Virus record (IMG/VR): IMGVR_UViG_3300034053_000011
Span: 1 to 56,168 of that record
Direction: 5' to 3' (one strand)
Source of the DNA: a virus
Taxonomy: Duplodnaviria; Caudoviricetes
Length of the DNA stretch: 56,168 nucleotides
This document shows, one piece after another, positions 44,112-53,281 of the stretch (positions within the stretch are counted from its first letter, which is position 1; the number at the start of each line of letters is the position of its first letter). A program made the translations under genes and the position numbers. The notes below the pieces were generated by a model that made no database searches, was not told the origin of the DNA, and worked only from the letters and a program-made list of their open reading frames with translations.

Positions 44112-46634
44112 ATGTCTGCTCTACCGCAAGTCGCATCCCTCCCTGTCAGCTTCGATCCCTATGTGCGTCAAGGTTGGCATCTCTGCCCTATATCAAGTGG
44201 CACCAAAGGCCCGAAGAACGTCGGGTGGAACAAGAAAGAGAACACCATCACCGACCCCAACATGATCCCATCCGGCTACGGTGTCGGCCTCTGCCACGCA
44301 TACAGCGGCACGATGGCACTGGATATAGACAACTGGGAACGTGCTGCAGCAGAACTGGCAAAACACGATATAGACCTGCAAGCACTCTACGATGCACCGG
44401 ATGCCGTGATCATCAACAGCGGCAACCCTGGACACGGGAAACTGCTCTATGCGATGCCATTCGGTCTCTCCCTGACCAGCAAGAAGCTGATCGACACGCT
44501 CCCCACGGGTGATAAGTACAACTATCTGGACTTCCGCTGCGCCACGGCATCAGGCTTAACGGTGCAGGATGTACTGCCACCCACCATACACCCCATCACA
44601 TGCCAACCCTACACATGGGGTGGCAAAGGTCACTGGCAACGCTTACCCACCATCCCCATGCCCCTGCTCAGTCTCTGGCAGACGCTGCTGGAGGACGATA
44701 CGGAGCGCACGATCAATGTATCAGGGTCGGTCGATGCATCATGGGATGAGATCAAGCAGGCACTGGACTATATAGACCCGTCGATTGCCCGTGATGACTG
44801 GGTGCAGATCGGTATGGCGCTGCACTATGCCGGGACTGCCACCGATCAACTCGATCAGGCATTAGTGATATTCGATGAGTGGTCAGCCGGATCATCAACG
44901 AAGTACAAAGGACAACGGGACATTATGACCTGCTGGAAATCGTTCAAGGCAGATCAGACTGGTATCAAACTCGGCACCCTGTTCCATTACGCCACGCAAG
45001 CCGGATGGACTCGACCTATCCCAGATGTTTCCCACATGTTCAAGGGAGTCGACCCCATAGGCCCAAAGTCGATTATTCAGGACATGGTGATTCATCCTCC
45101 AGCAGTTAATCTGGATATGTTTCCCCCAATCCTCACCAGTCGCGCCAAAGTTCTCTCTAAAGAGTTCGCAGCAGACCCGCTAGTACCTATCTTCGCAGGT
45201 CTGGCAGTCGCATCGTCAGTAGCCGATAAACGCCACCGGCTCACTCTGATGGCAGACTGGAAAGTTCCCCCTGTACTCTGGACGATGACTATAGGCTCAC
45301 CATCTGCGAAAAAGACATCAGCAGCAGAACCTATGTATCGCATCCTGCGAATTCTGGAACAGGAAGACCTGCCGCGCTATAAGCAGGAACTCCAGAAGTT
45401 CGAGGCATTGGATGCCGCCTATGCTGCATCGAAGAAGGCATATCTACAAGCTGCACAGGATGCCAACCATCTACTTGGTGGTCAGCTAGATATATCGTCC
45501 CTCCCACCCGTCACAGCGCAACCCGCTAGACCGGCAAGGTTACGCCTTCAAGCCAATGATGTTACCTCCCAGAAGATCCTACGTATGGTAGAAGATCGAC
45601 CCCGTGGCGTGTCACTCATCCTTGATGAAATGAAGGGATGGTTCTCCCGTATAACCAACCCCCAATCAGGCGATGACCGATCAACATGGGTTGAGGGATA
45701 CAACTGCCGGTCGAAATATCTCGACCGTGTAGGCGATGGAAAATCAGAAGGCTATTCGTTCATCGAGCATTTCGCCTTATCCATACATGGGAATGCTCAA
45801 CCGAATGTACTGAAAAACCATTTTGAGAAATTAACGGAAGATGGACTTATACAAAGGTTCATATTTGCAGTTATAAATGATGAATATAGTGATGTATTAA
45901 ATGATCCATCTGCATATGATTCCATATCTCAATTGCAATATGAGGAAGCTATAAGGCGTATATATAACCAACCTATTACCGAATATAAACTATCGGAAAA
46001 AGCATATATAATATTCAGGGAATTTCAGGAATGGTATATAAGGCTAAAAAAAGATGAACGGCTTATATCGGCATCCGATCCATATATAGAATCCATATCG
46101 AAGATCGAGGGAACTGCTGGTCGATTGATCCTCATATACCATCTGCTGACCGACCCATCGGTTATAGAGGTATCGGAGCAGACAACCCACCATGCGCTGT
46201 CCTTGGTGATGGATTACATCATCCCGGCTATGCGATTCGTACATGGTGAAATCGAAGGTATAGAGAACGGATCGCTAGATAAGTGGGTATTGAATCACAT
46301 CGTGTATGTGATCGGACAGCAGCAGACCATAACGCTGCGCGAGATTAAACGCTCTGCGAAACGTCAGCTTGCAGATATACCCCACCATAGGCAGGATGCG
46401 GTCGTTTTAGACGCTATGGCGGTTCTTGAGCGGTCAGGATGGGCTACCATACTGGAACAGAATGGTAAGACCGTCAGATGGGCGCTAAACCCCGTTATCG
46501 CTGATCTTGATAAGGATCATCGTGTCGAGACAATCAAGGCCCGCCAGCGCATCAACGATATGATCCATCGCACTAGCGGCGGCAAAATACCACGACGTAT
46601 AGCTGCGGGGTATGATCCCACCACAATGGATTGA
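44112..46634 (+). CDS. Prim-Pol primase with PriCT-2 and DUF3987 helicase-like domains
   Basis: KGP..GW, ALDID, W..IGMAL...EWS..S.KY...W.SF, GSPS.KKT, ILDE, DGL.QRF. Confidence 0.88.
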   Translation: MSALPQVASLPVSFDPYVRQGWHLCPISSGTKGPKNVGWNKKENTITDPNMIPSGYGVGLCHAYSGTMALDIDNWERAAAELAKHDIDLQALYDAPDAVIINSGNPGHGKLLYAMPFGLSLTSKKLIDTLPTGDKYNYLDFRCATASGLTVQDVLPPTIHPITCQPYTWGGKGHWQRLPTIPMPLLSLWQTLLEDDTERTINVSGSVDASWDEIKQALDYIDPSIARDDWVQIGMALHYAGTATDQLDQALVIFDEWSAGSSTKYKGQRDIMTCWKSFKADQTGIKLGTLFHYATQAGWTRPIPDVSHMFKGVDPIGPKSIIQDMVIHPPAVNLDMFPPILTSRAKVLSKEFAADPLVPIFAGLAVASSVADKRHRLTLMADWKVPPVLWTMTIGSPSAKKTSAAEPMYRILRILEQEDLPRYKQELQKFEALDAAYAASKKAYLQAAQDANHLLGGQLDISSLPPVTAQPARPARLRLQANDVTSQKILRMVEDRPRGVSLILDEMKGWFSRITNPQSGDDRSTWVEGYNCRSKYLDRVGDGKSEGYSFIEHFALSIHGNAQPNVLKNHFEKLTEDGLIQRFIFAVINDEYSDVLNDPSAYDSISQLQYEEAIRRIYNQPITEYKLSEKAYIIFREFQEWYIRLKKDERLISASDPYIESISKIEGTAGRLILIYHLLTDPSVIEVSEQTTHHALSLVMDYIIPAMRFVHGEIEGIENGSLDKWVLNHIVYVIGQQQTITLREIKRSAKRQLADIPHHRQDAVVLDAMAVLERSGWATILEQNGKTVRWALNPVIADLDKDHRVETIKARQRINDMIHRTSGGKIPRRIAAGYDPTTMD

Positions 46635-46639
46635 AAAGA

Positions 46640-46674
46640 AAAGCCCACCGGAGCGTTATCGCTACACGGTGGGC
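46640..46674 (-). terminator. Terminator hairpin between convergent units
   Basis: GCCCACCG...CGGTGGGC stem with an A run on its left. Confidence 0.55.
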
Positions 46675-46938
46675 GAAGCCGCATTGCGCGGCGAGGGGGA
46701 GCGGTTAGATTCTAACTGAAGCGCCGAGTCAATACCACCAGGATAGACACCAACATAGCAATAAAGCCCATTTGTTAATCCTCATCAAGGAATAGCATAG
46801 CCGCGCCGCCAAAGCACAATGCCACTAAAGATAAAACAACGCCATGATGCGGCGCATAGGTGGCAACGATACCACTCGACACTAACAGGACGGTGGCGAT
46901 TGTCGCCAATGCGCTGGCGATTGTTTCGCGGATCATGA

Positions 46939-47208
46939 TTATTTCCCCACAATTGATTGAGCAAAGCAGAAAACGTAACCATTTGGCGCATTGCCATAAC
47001 GCATTTCATCAAGCGATGGCGCGTATTTAAGGTGTTTCGCAACAAACGCTTTTACAGCCTCGAAATGCACCATTTCACCGGATAACTCATGCGGGTAGCT
47101 GATCGATACACTGCGCATCTTGTCTCCGTTCATTGGAACATCGTATGCCTTGATGCGAGAACCCTTGCGATCAGTTGCAGGAATGTATTTTGTGTAGATA
47201 GCAATCAT
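46939..47208 (-). CDS. Hypothetical early protein
   Basis: MIAIYTKYIPATDRKGSRIKA...GYVF, a recognisable small phage protein type. Confidence 0.7.
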   Translation of the reverse strand: MIAIYTKYIPATDRKGSRIKAYDVPMNGDKMRSVSISYPHELSGEMVHFEAVKAFVAKHLKYAPSLDEMRYGNAPNGYVFCFAQSIVGK

Positions 47209-47242
47209 GGTATGCCCCATTATTGTTTGATCTGGCAACATT

Positions 47243-47278
47243 GCCCCAATAGCCACTCGCAGGAATGGCTATTGGGGC
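47243..47278. repeat. Perfect 13-bp inverted repeat
   Basis: GCCCCAATAGCCA-10-TGGCTATTGGGGC, intergenic. Confidence 0.8.
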
Positions 47279-47429
47279 GTGTCGCTTATAGCTTAATGAT
47301 TGTTAGATTGCGATTCCGAAGGCGGCGATAGGTATCGCGGAAACATTGCGCAGCATGGAGTTCGGTATCAGCGCAAACTAGATATTTTTTATCACTGCCT
47401 TGCACGAATACCTGATAAACGGACATGAT

Positions 47430-47612
47430 TCATTCCCCCTTAAGCCCGATAATCGCATCGGTTACGCTATCAATAGCTTTACCAATATTGAACAGCGCAA
47501 CAGTGTTGTATGCGCTTTGCTCATCTTCTAGTTCCGCATAGTGCTTGCGTAACTCCGGCAACATGGCTTCAAGTTGATCGACCCACATAGTTAGCTGCTT
47601 TTCTGTCAGCAT
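47430..47612 (-). CDS. Hypothetical protein
   Basis: 60 aa; AGGAG RBS. Confidence 0.6.
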   Translation of the reverse strand: MLTEKQLTMWVDQLEAMLPELRKHYAELEDEQSAYNTVALFNIGKAIDSVTDAIIGLKGE

Positions 47613-47615
47613 GAC

Positions 47616-47801
47616 TCATTCTCCTAATTCATTGTTAAAGACTTCGATCAGTAGGCAGACAGAGTGGTACACATCGCCCGCACTGATTTGCCCAGCGTCG
47701 TAACGCTGGCGCAGTTGAGTCAAGAAATGTCCCATGGTCATCCCCAGTTTTCCCCGCGTTTCGTTGCGGTACGTTTCAAATTCTACTACAACATCAGACA
47801 A
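47616..47801 (-). CDS. Hypothetical protein
   Basis: 61 aa; TTG start. Confidence 0.5.
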   Translation of the reverse strand: MSDVVVEFETYRNETRGKLGMTMGHFLTQLRQRYDAGQISAGDVYHSVCLLIEVFNNELGE

Positions 47802-48087
47802 AGTCTAATCACTTCTTTTGTGGATCTCGTGTCTCTTGTATCACTTTTTCTTATGTGTCTGACGTTTGTCATTGGCGCCAACTGTGCCGGACGGCTAAGG
47901 GGTACTTTTTTTCAAATGGGGGTAACTTAGAATAATTTTCCCTTTAACACGCATGGGGCAGTGGTGCCAAATACATACGTAAACATCTAATGTCACCAAC
48001 GTGCCAGTGTTTCAGATAGTTGAATCATTCCGCAATCTGTTATAGATACAAGATTCCCTAATCTCTAACGCTGCTCTAATCCTGTCG

Positions 48088-48235
48088 CCATTGGTGCCAA
48101 TGGTGCCTGGGTGCCACCTGTTGCCGGTGCCTGGGTGCCACCTGCTGCCGGTACTTGGTGTGCCATGCTCCCATCATGCTCCCATGCTTGCATCATGCTG
48201 TCGCCTGGACACACTGACACCGGGGGGGGGAGGGG
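48088..48235. repeat. Non-coding repeat cluster (origin or pac/terminus candidate)
   Basis: Palindrome CCATTGGTGCCAATGG; about 2.5 copies of 24-bp GGTGCCTGGGTGCCACCTG(T/C)TGCC; CATGCTCCCAT twice; a G run. Confidence 0.7.
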
Positions 48236-48356
48236 TCGCTCGGCTTGTGAAAGTTTTTGCATGCACCCACTCTCACCAGAAACCTGATTTCGGTCATCAT
48301 ATAATCTATAACCAGTTATAATTGACCTTACCCAACACTTGTGATACAAATAGACT

Positions 48357-48932
48357 ATGGAAACTGATATCCCCGATTGGCTTAAACCAATGGATTTGAA
48401 TGATGCGTACCCTGTGACTAAAGACCACAGGGAGATATAACGCATCGCATTTGAGTCTGTATTTGAACGTGTGATAGAAGGGGTGGAGGCTGGAATTCCA
48501 CCAAGTCAGACGCTCAAGGAGGATCCTCGCAATATCGACAAGGGTAAGTTCTACTCTTGGATGAACCGTGACCCTGAACGGAAGAAACGGTTTGATGAAG
48601 CCAAGGTGATTGGGGCTTTGGTGATGGAGGATATGTTACTGGAGCGAATCAACGGGGATTCTCTGGAGGATGTGCAACGGGCAAAGTTGGCTGTGGATAC
48701 GCTCAAGTGGTTGATGCAGGTTAATAATAGAAAACGCTATGGTGCAGACAAGGAGCACACTACATCGTTTGCTGATGGTGGGATTACCATTGTGATCAAT
48801 GATGTGCCGACGGGACGGGTTAGTGAAAAGCAAAAGGAATGGATGGATCACTACGAGGCCCAGGGCTGGAAGGTGGCGGTATGGCGATCGGCGGATGAGG
48901 CAATTAACGGACTCAAGGAGTACCTTGGATGA
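48357..48932 (+). pseudogene. Inactivated terminase small subunit fused in frame to a VRR-NUC C-terminal fragment
   Basis: ATG at 48357 and in-frame TAA at 48438; TerS-like F..A...G...ED...DVQRAKL.VDT.KW.....N.KRYG; then PTGRVSEKQKEW....GW.V.V.RS.DEA. Confidence 0.7.
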
Positions 48933-49053
48933 AAACCTGCGAAGGCTGCATTTTTTGGAGGGTCAAGCGGATGTTCTTAGGTCCCAGGCCGTGGTGCCAT
49001 CTGCGCAAGAGGATCTGGAGGGAATGGTGTGCCGATTACAAGGGGAGGAGTAA

Positions 49054-49275
49054 ATGACTGACCAGGAACTTGAGAACGAAGTCGACAGGCTGACCGGTGA
49101 GTTGATCGATGTGATTGATGGGCAGTCGGCGCTGGCGTCTGATCTTGCCTTGGTCGATGTCCTGGCGGCGGGTTGTACGGATGTCGGGGACTGCCAGAGG
49201 ATCATGGTCATGACGATTGAGGCGCTAAGTGACCGGATTGTCGAGTTGGTGTCAGGGACGGAGGTATTGCACTGA
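49054..49275 (+). CDS. Hypothetical acidic protein
   Basis: 73 aa; GGAGGAG RBS. Confidence 0.6.
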   Translation: MTDQELENEVDRLTGELIDVIDGQSALASDLALVDVLAAGCTDVGDCQRIMVMTIEALSDRIVELVSGTEVLH

Positions 49276-49664
49276 TGAAGCGAGTGAGTTGGGAGGAAGT
49301 AGCAAACTACAGGGCGATGGTTGATGCGGCGACGGACGGCGTGCTGAGCGCCTGGGGTGTGCTGATGCGATCGAGCGATGGTGGCGTGCGTGGCTGGCCG
49401 AAGGCATCGGCCGGCTTCGACGTCAGATCGACCATCAATGACTTTGAGGATCTTGCCGACGAGGTCGAGCGGGCCGTGGCTGCCAGCGCGATGGCGATCA
49501 TCTACGGTGACCGCGGTGCGGGAGGGATGCCGGAGGCTCACAGGAGGCCGCTGGTGACGATCTACTGCGGCGGTGCATGGTTTGGTGACGGCGAGCCCGA
49601 GGTGGCCTTCCTTGAGGCTGTGGAGGCGTTTGAGCGGAAGGCGAGGGGGAGGGGGTTGCTATGA
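49275..49664 (+). CDS. Putative Q-like late antiterminator
   Basis: L..WG..MR...GWP..SAG...DFE....E...A..A..I.....P...R..L...Y pattern; sits before the packaging genes. Confidence 0.5.
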   Translation: MKRVSWEEVANYRAMVDAATDGVLSAWGVLMRSSDGGVRGWPKASAGFDVRSTINDFEDLADEVERAVAASAMAIIYGDRGAGGMPEAHRRPLVTIYCGGAWFGDGEPEVAFLEAVEAFERKARGRGLL

Positions 49665-49747
49665 GGCTAAACGGGATACTGATTTGCGAATAAAAAAGCC
49701 CCCGGGACCACGAGGGCGCCGAGGGCTTGGGGTGTTTTACCAGGGTG

Positions 49748-49969
49748 TTAATTCCGGTCAGCTTCGTAGGGTACGGTAGCCAGGATGTAGTTGGCCACGC
49801 TATGAAGTTCGCCAGCGGTTCCGGTTACTTGCATAACCCGTTGGCGCCGAGGATGAAGCGCTTGCAGGTGGGTGATGTGAAACTCGACGGTATGAACGGC
49901 GGGGCCGCAGGTGTCGAGCGCGGTGTCGCCTTCCAGTAGGTAGGCGGGTTGTCTGATTAGTGATTCCAT
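49748..49969 (-). CDS. Hypothetical protein, last gene of the hammerhead-led operon
   Basis: MESLIRQPAY after GGAG. Confidence 0.5.
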   Translation of the reverse strand: MESLIRQPAYLLEGDTALDTCGPAVHTVEFHITHLQALHPRRQRVMQVTGTAGELHSVANYILATVPYEADRN

Positions 49970-50084
49970 AACTGTCTCCAAGTTAAGACCGGCGGCTGCC
50001 GGTTGATGCGGCTGGCGATGCGGCGGGCAGAGCGCAGGCTCAACGGTTCGATGCGGTGGATGTGGACCTGGCCTAGGTGGGCGG

Positions 50085-50204
50085 TCATGGTTTCTTACTC
50101 CCATTCTTGTTGCGGCCGGCGCTGATCACGCTGATGCGTGGGTCGTAGCCGTCGTGATTGATCAGACTGAGTCTTCGCAGTTGTTGCATGAGTTGTGGGC
50201 GCAT
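50085..50204 (-). CDS. 39-aa ORF directly downstream of the hammerhead
   Basis: GGAG RBS, then MRPQLMQQLRRLSLINHDGYDPRISVISAGRNKNGSKKP*; ATGA overlap with a further 43-aa ORF. Confidence 0.45.
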   Translation of the reverse strand: MRPQLMQQLRRLSLINHDGYDPRISVISAGRNKNGSKKP

Positions 50205-50213
50205 CTCAGTTCT

Positions 50214-50308
50214 CCAGGTTGGTTTCGCTCTTGCTCTTCAGAGCCGGACTTCTACCGGCTGACCTTTCCGATCCGTTATCGATCGGCCCCTTCCGGCTAA
50301 CCACCTGG
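50214..50308 (-). ncRNA. Type III hammerhead ribozyme with two alternative cleavage strands
   Basis: Minus strand GGUC-AGCCGG-uagaagu-CCGGCU-CUGAAGA-GC-aaga-GC-GAAA-CC is a complete core. An upstream CCAGGUGGUU-AGCCGGA can pair with the same enzyme strand. Confidence 0.8.
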
Positions 50309-50382
50309 GATTCGGTGGATCTGAGCGGGAGCAGGTACTAGAGTTGCCGCTTTCGCGCTGTTTCGGTTGCCTGCTGAGACGT

Positions 50383-50411
50383 ATTCTGTTCTCAACTTCA
50401 CAGGTTGTCAA
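50383..50411 (-). promoter_or_regulatory. Sigma70 promoter driving the hammerhead transcript
   Basis: TTGACA-17-CAGAAT on the minus strand. Confidence 0.7.
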
Positions 50412-50488
50412 GTACTTTGTGCAATTATTTTGAGGTTGTCTGTTGAGGCCGTAGAATCGCGACACCTCAGACCACAGGTTTCCATGAC

Positions 50489-50686
50489 ATGACCAACACA
50501 GAACGAGCTCTACAACTGATTGATGCGGGCAAGACAGTCCGCCAGGCCGCCAGGGAAGTTGATATCAGCGAGTCAGCGCTGCACGCCGCGGTGAAGAAGC
50601 GCAAGGCCGAGCAACTCAAGGAGCAGGGTATTTGCCCTTGTTGCCATCAATCATTACCGGATAAACAGCCATTGACCAGCCCATAG
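50489..50686 (+). CDS. Small HTH DNA-binding protein with a C-terminal CPCC motif
   Basis: AL.LI..G.TVRQAAREVDISESAL helix-turn-helix. Confidence 0.7.
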   Translation: MTNTERALQLIDAGKTVRQAAREVDISESALHAAVKKRKAEQLKEQGICPCCHQSLPDKQPLTSP

Positions 50687-50700
50687 AAATTGTTTATGAT
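50672..50700 (+). promoter_or_regulatory. Sigma70 promoter upstream of the packaging genes
   Basis: TTGACC-17-TATGAT. Confidence 0.7.
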
Positions 50701-50754
50701 CGTAACAGGTTGGGCGGCGCTCGCCCATAAGAAACGTGTCGATAGGACAATATC

Positions 50755-50991
50755 ATGGCAAAGTGCGTCGAGATCACCATGCAGGACGACGGGTCATTGA
50801 CTGTTGTCGAGTGCCCGCCTAAAGAGGCGATAGAAGGCGGTGGCGAGTCCTTCCAGGACATCAAGACCGCCCTGCTTGCCGCGGCCAAGATCTTGACGTC
50901 CGAGCAGATCGCAGATCCGGGTGCCGCCCAGGCTGAGGCCCAGGGCGATATGGATCAAGGGTTCAAGTCGGTGCGTGGTGGTGGGTTGTAG
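50755..50991 (+). CDS. Hypothetical protein
   Basis: 78 aa; AGGA RBS. Confidence 0.6.
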   Translation: MAKCVEITMQDDGSLTVVECPPKEAIEGGGESFQDIKTALLAAAKILTSEQIADPGAAQAEAQGDMDQGFKSVRGGGL

Positions 50992-51047
50992 TAAAAACAA
51001 CTACAAACCGTGTCATAAGAACAATGATTTTTATCAAATAAACCATC

Positions 51048-51341
51048 ATGCCAAGAGGTGGAAAGCGAGAGGGCGCTGGACGAAAAGCTGGCTCCAGTGA
51101 TCTCTTCAAGAAGGAAGCAGCGGCCGCGGTGGCTGCGAGTGGTGTAACGCCGCTTGAGTACATGCTTGGAATCATGCGCGACGGCAGCGCTGATCCAGAC
51201 AAGCGATTCGAGGCTGCAAAGGCATCGGCGCCGTACTGTCACCCGAAGCTGTCGAATGTGACGATGGACGCCAAGGTGCAGCACGAGTTGAGCAGGGAAG
51301 AGATTGAGGCCCGTTTGGCGGCCTACGGTGTGAAGATTTGA
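51048..51341 (+). CDS. Probable terminase small subunit
   Basis: RGGKREGAGRK, TPLEYML..MRD and AAK..APYCHPKL; overlaps the TerL start. Confidence 0.75.
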   Translation: MPRGGKREGAGRKAGSSDLFKKEAAAAVAASGVTPLEYMLGIMRDGSADPDKRFEAAKASAPYCHPKLSNVTMDAKVQHELSREEIEARLAAYGVKI

Positions 51342-52819
51342 CCGACGAACAAAAGCTCGAGGTGCTGCGGCTGCTTGAGATGCGCCGGCGCCTCGAGGCG
51401 AGAGATTCGCTGGAGATGTACGCAGAGGTCGCTGGCGGCGTAAAGCCGGCGCTACATCACAAGGTTTTGATTGAAGGGCTTGAGGCTGTCGAGGCGGGGC
51501 AGTGCGACGTGCTGTTGGTCATGATGCCTCCAGGCTCGGCCAAGTCGACGTATGGAAGCGTGATCTTCGGCGGCTGGTATCTCGGCCGGCATCCCGATCG
51601 ATGCGTGATCTCAGCGTCTCACACGCAAGAGCTCGCCGATCGCTTCGGGCGCCGGGTGCGCAATCTGTACGCCAGCGAGGAACATGCAGCGATCTTCCCG
51701 GGGTCCGGCTTGAGTGCCGACAGCTCGGCGGCTGGACGTTGGGACACACTGCACGGTGGCGAGTACTTCGCCGCTGGTGTTGGTGGCTCGGTCACTGGCC
51801 GGCGCGCTGACCTGGCCATCATCGACGACCCGGTAAAGAGCCGGGAGGACGCTGACAGCCAAACTGTGCGCGACAAGCAATGGGCCTGGTGGCGTGATGA
51901 TCTGATGACCCGCCTAAAGCCAGGCGCTGCGGTCGTGTTGATCATGACGCGCTGGCATGAGGATGATCTGGCCGGGCGAATGCTTGAGGATCTGAAGTCA
52001 TCGACGCTGCGGGTGCGGGTGATCAAGATCGCGATGGAGGCCGGAGAGGATGATCCTCTCGGGCGCCAGCCGGGTGAGTTGCTCTGGCCTGAGTGGTTCA
52101 CGCCGCAGATGGTTGAGGCAGCCAAGCGCGAGCCACGGACCTGGACGGCGCTGTACCAGCAGGAACCGCGGCCGATCGGTGGCGGCGAGTTACAGATAGG
52201 TTGGATGAATTACTGGGTGAATCAGCCTGCCACTGGCGTGCGCGTGATCCTGGTCGATCCGTCCAGCGGTAAGACAAAGAGCCGCGGCGACTACACCAGC
52301 ATGTGGGTCGTTGGTGTTGGGGCCGATGGGAATGATTACGTTGTCGATGGCGTGCGTGATCGCCTGAATCTGACGGAGCGAACTGAAGCACTGTTCGAGT
52401 TGGTGCGGCGGCACAACCCGGCTGCAGTTGGCTACGAGAGCTACGGCCTGCAGGCTGACATCGAGCACATCAGGATTGAGCAGGAGCGGCAGCAGTATCG
52501 GTTCAGGATCATAGAACTCGGTGGTGCCACCAAGAAAGAGGACCGCATCCGGCGCCTGATCCCGGGGTTCCAGCAGTCCAGGACGTGGATGCCGAGGTCA
52601 TTGATCAAGCGCATGAGCGACGGATCTCAGGCCGATATCATGGACGCCTTTAGGGCTGAGTATGTGTCGTTCCCGGTTGGGGCGCACGACGACGCGCTGG
52701 ACTGCCTGGCACGCAAGGAAGAGCCAGAGATCCGCAAGCTTCTGGTGGCTCCGAAACGCAGCGAGAATTCGCGGCCGGTGATTGCCTTCCGTCCGTTCGA
52801 TACCGCAACAGGCTACTAA
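51338..52819 (+). CDS. terL: Terminase large subunit
   Basis: MPPGSAKS (Walker A), GRRADLAIIDDP (Walker B), MTRWHEDD, LYQQ.P, VDP, FP.G.HDD..D. Confidence 0.95.
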   Translation: MTDEQKLEVLRLLEMRRRLEARDSLEMYAEVAGGVKPALHHKVLIEGLEAVEAGQCDVLLVMMPPGSAKSTYGSVIFGGWYLGRHPDRCVISASHTQELADRFGRRVRNLYASEEHAAIFPGSGLSADSSAAGRWDTLHGGEYFAAGVGGSVTGRRADLAIIDDPVKSREDADSQTVRDKQWAWWRDDLMTRLKPGAAVVLIMTRWHEDDLAGRMLEDLKSSTLRVRVIKIAMEAGEDDPLGRQPGELLWPEWFTPQMVEAAKREPRTWTALYQQEPRPIGGGELQIGWMNYWVNQPATGVRVILVDPSSGKTKSRGDYTSMWVVGVGADGNDYVVDGVRDRLNLTERTEALFELVRRHNPAAVGYESYGLQADIEHIRIEQERQQYRFRIIELGGATKKEDRIRRLIPGFQQSRTWMPRSLIKRMSDGSQADIMDAFRAEYVSFPVGAHDDALDCLARKEEPEIRKLLVAPKRSENSRPVIAFRPFDTATGY

Positions 52820-52890
52820 TCCTCAACGCTGATAAGGTTCATTATCAGCGTAACTGATCTCCTCCTGAGTGTCGCAAAGACGCTCTCTTC

Positions 52891-52913
52891 ACCCGGCTCC
52901 GGCCGGGTTTTTT
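52891..52913 (+). terminator. Intrinsic terminator after TerL
   Basis: ACCCGGC-TCCG-GCCGGGT followed by TTTTT. Confidence 0.8.
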
Positions 52914-52933
52914 ATTTCTGAAAGGGCATACCG

Positions 52934-53281
52934 ATGGCCGCACCCACTACGACCGACATCAACGGCGACCGGAGCGTAATGCTCTACACCTGGACGCTAA
53001 CCACTGCCGATCACACCGGCGATCCGATCTCCTGGGCCGACTGGGCTGATCGATCAGTGCAGATGACCGGCACATGGGGGGGAGCTACGGCGGTGCTTGA
53101 GGGCGCCAACGTAGCTACCTACAGCCCTATTACCGACCCGCAGGGCAACGCCATCAGCAAAACAGCCGACGCACTGGAAGCATGCACTGAGGTCACCCGC
53201 TTTGTTCGTCCGCGCCTGTCCGCCGTAGGCGCTGGCGCTACCATCATTGCAACCCTGCTCGCCCGTAAAGGAGGCTGTTGA
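52934..53281 (+). CDS. Small beta-rich putative structural protein
   Basis: 115 aa; SVQ.TGTWGGAT.VLEG.N...R.VRP motif. Confidence 0.65.
   Translation: MAAPTTTDINGDRSVMLYTWTLTTADHTGDPISWADWADRSVQMTGTWGGATAVLEGANVATYSPITDPQGNAISKTADALEACTEVTRFVRPRLSAVGAGATIIATLLARKGGC

Noticed and set aside
48438-48440. In-frame TAA as stop-codon reassignment
   Set aside because: TAA, TAG and TGA all end genes normally elsewhere, and no suppressor tRNA is seen; a nonsense mutation is simpler.
48065-48445. ORFs across the repeat cluster
   Set aside because: Low-complexity translations of the tandem repeats; the region looks non-coding.
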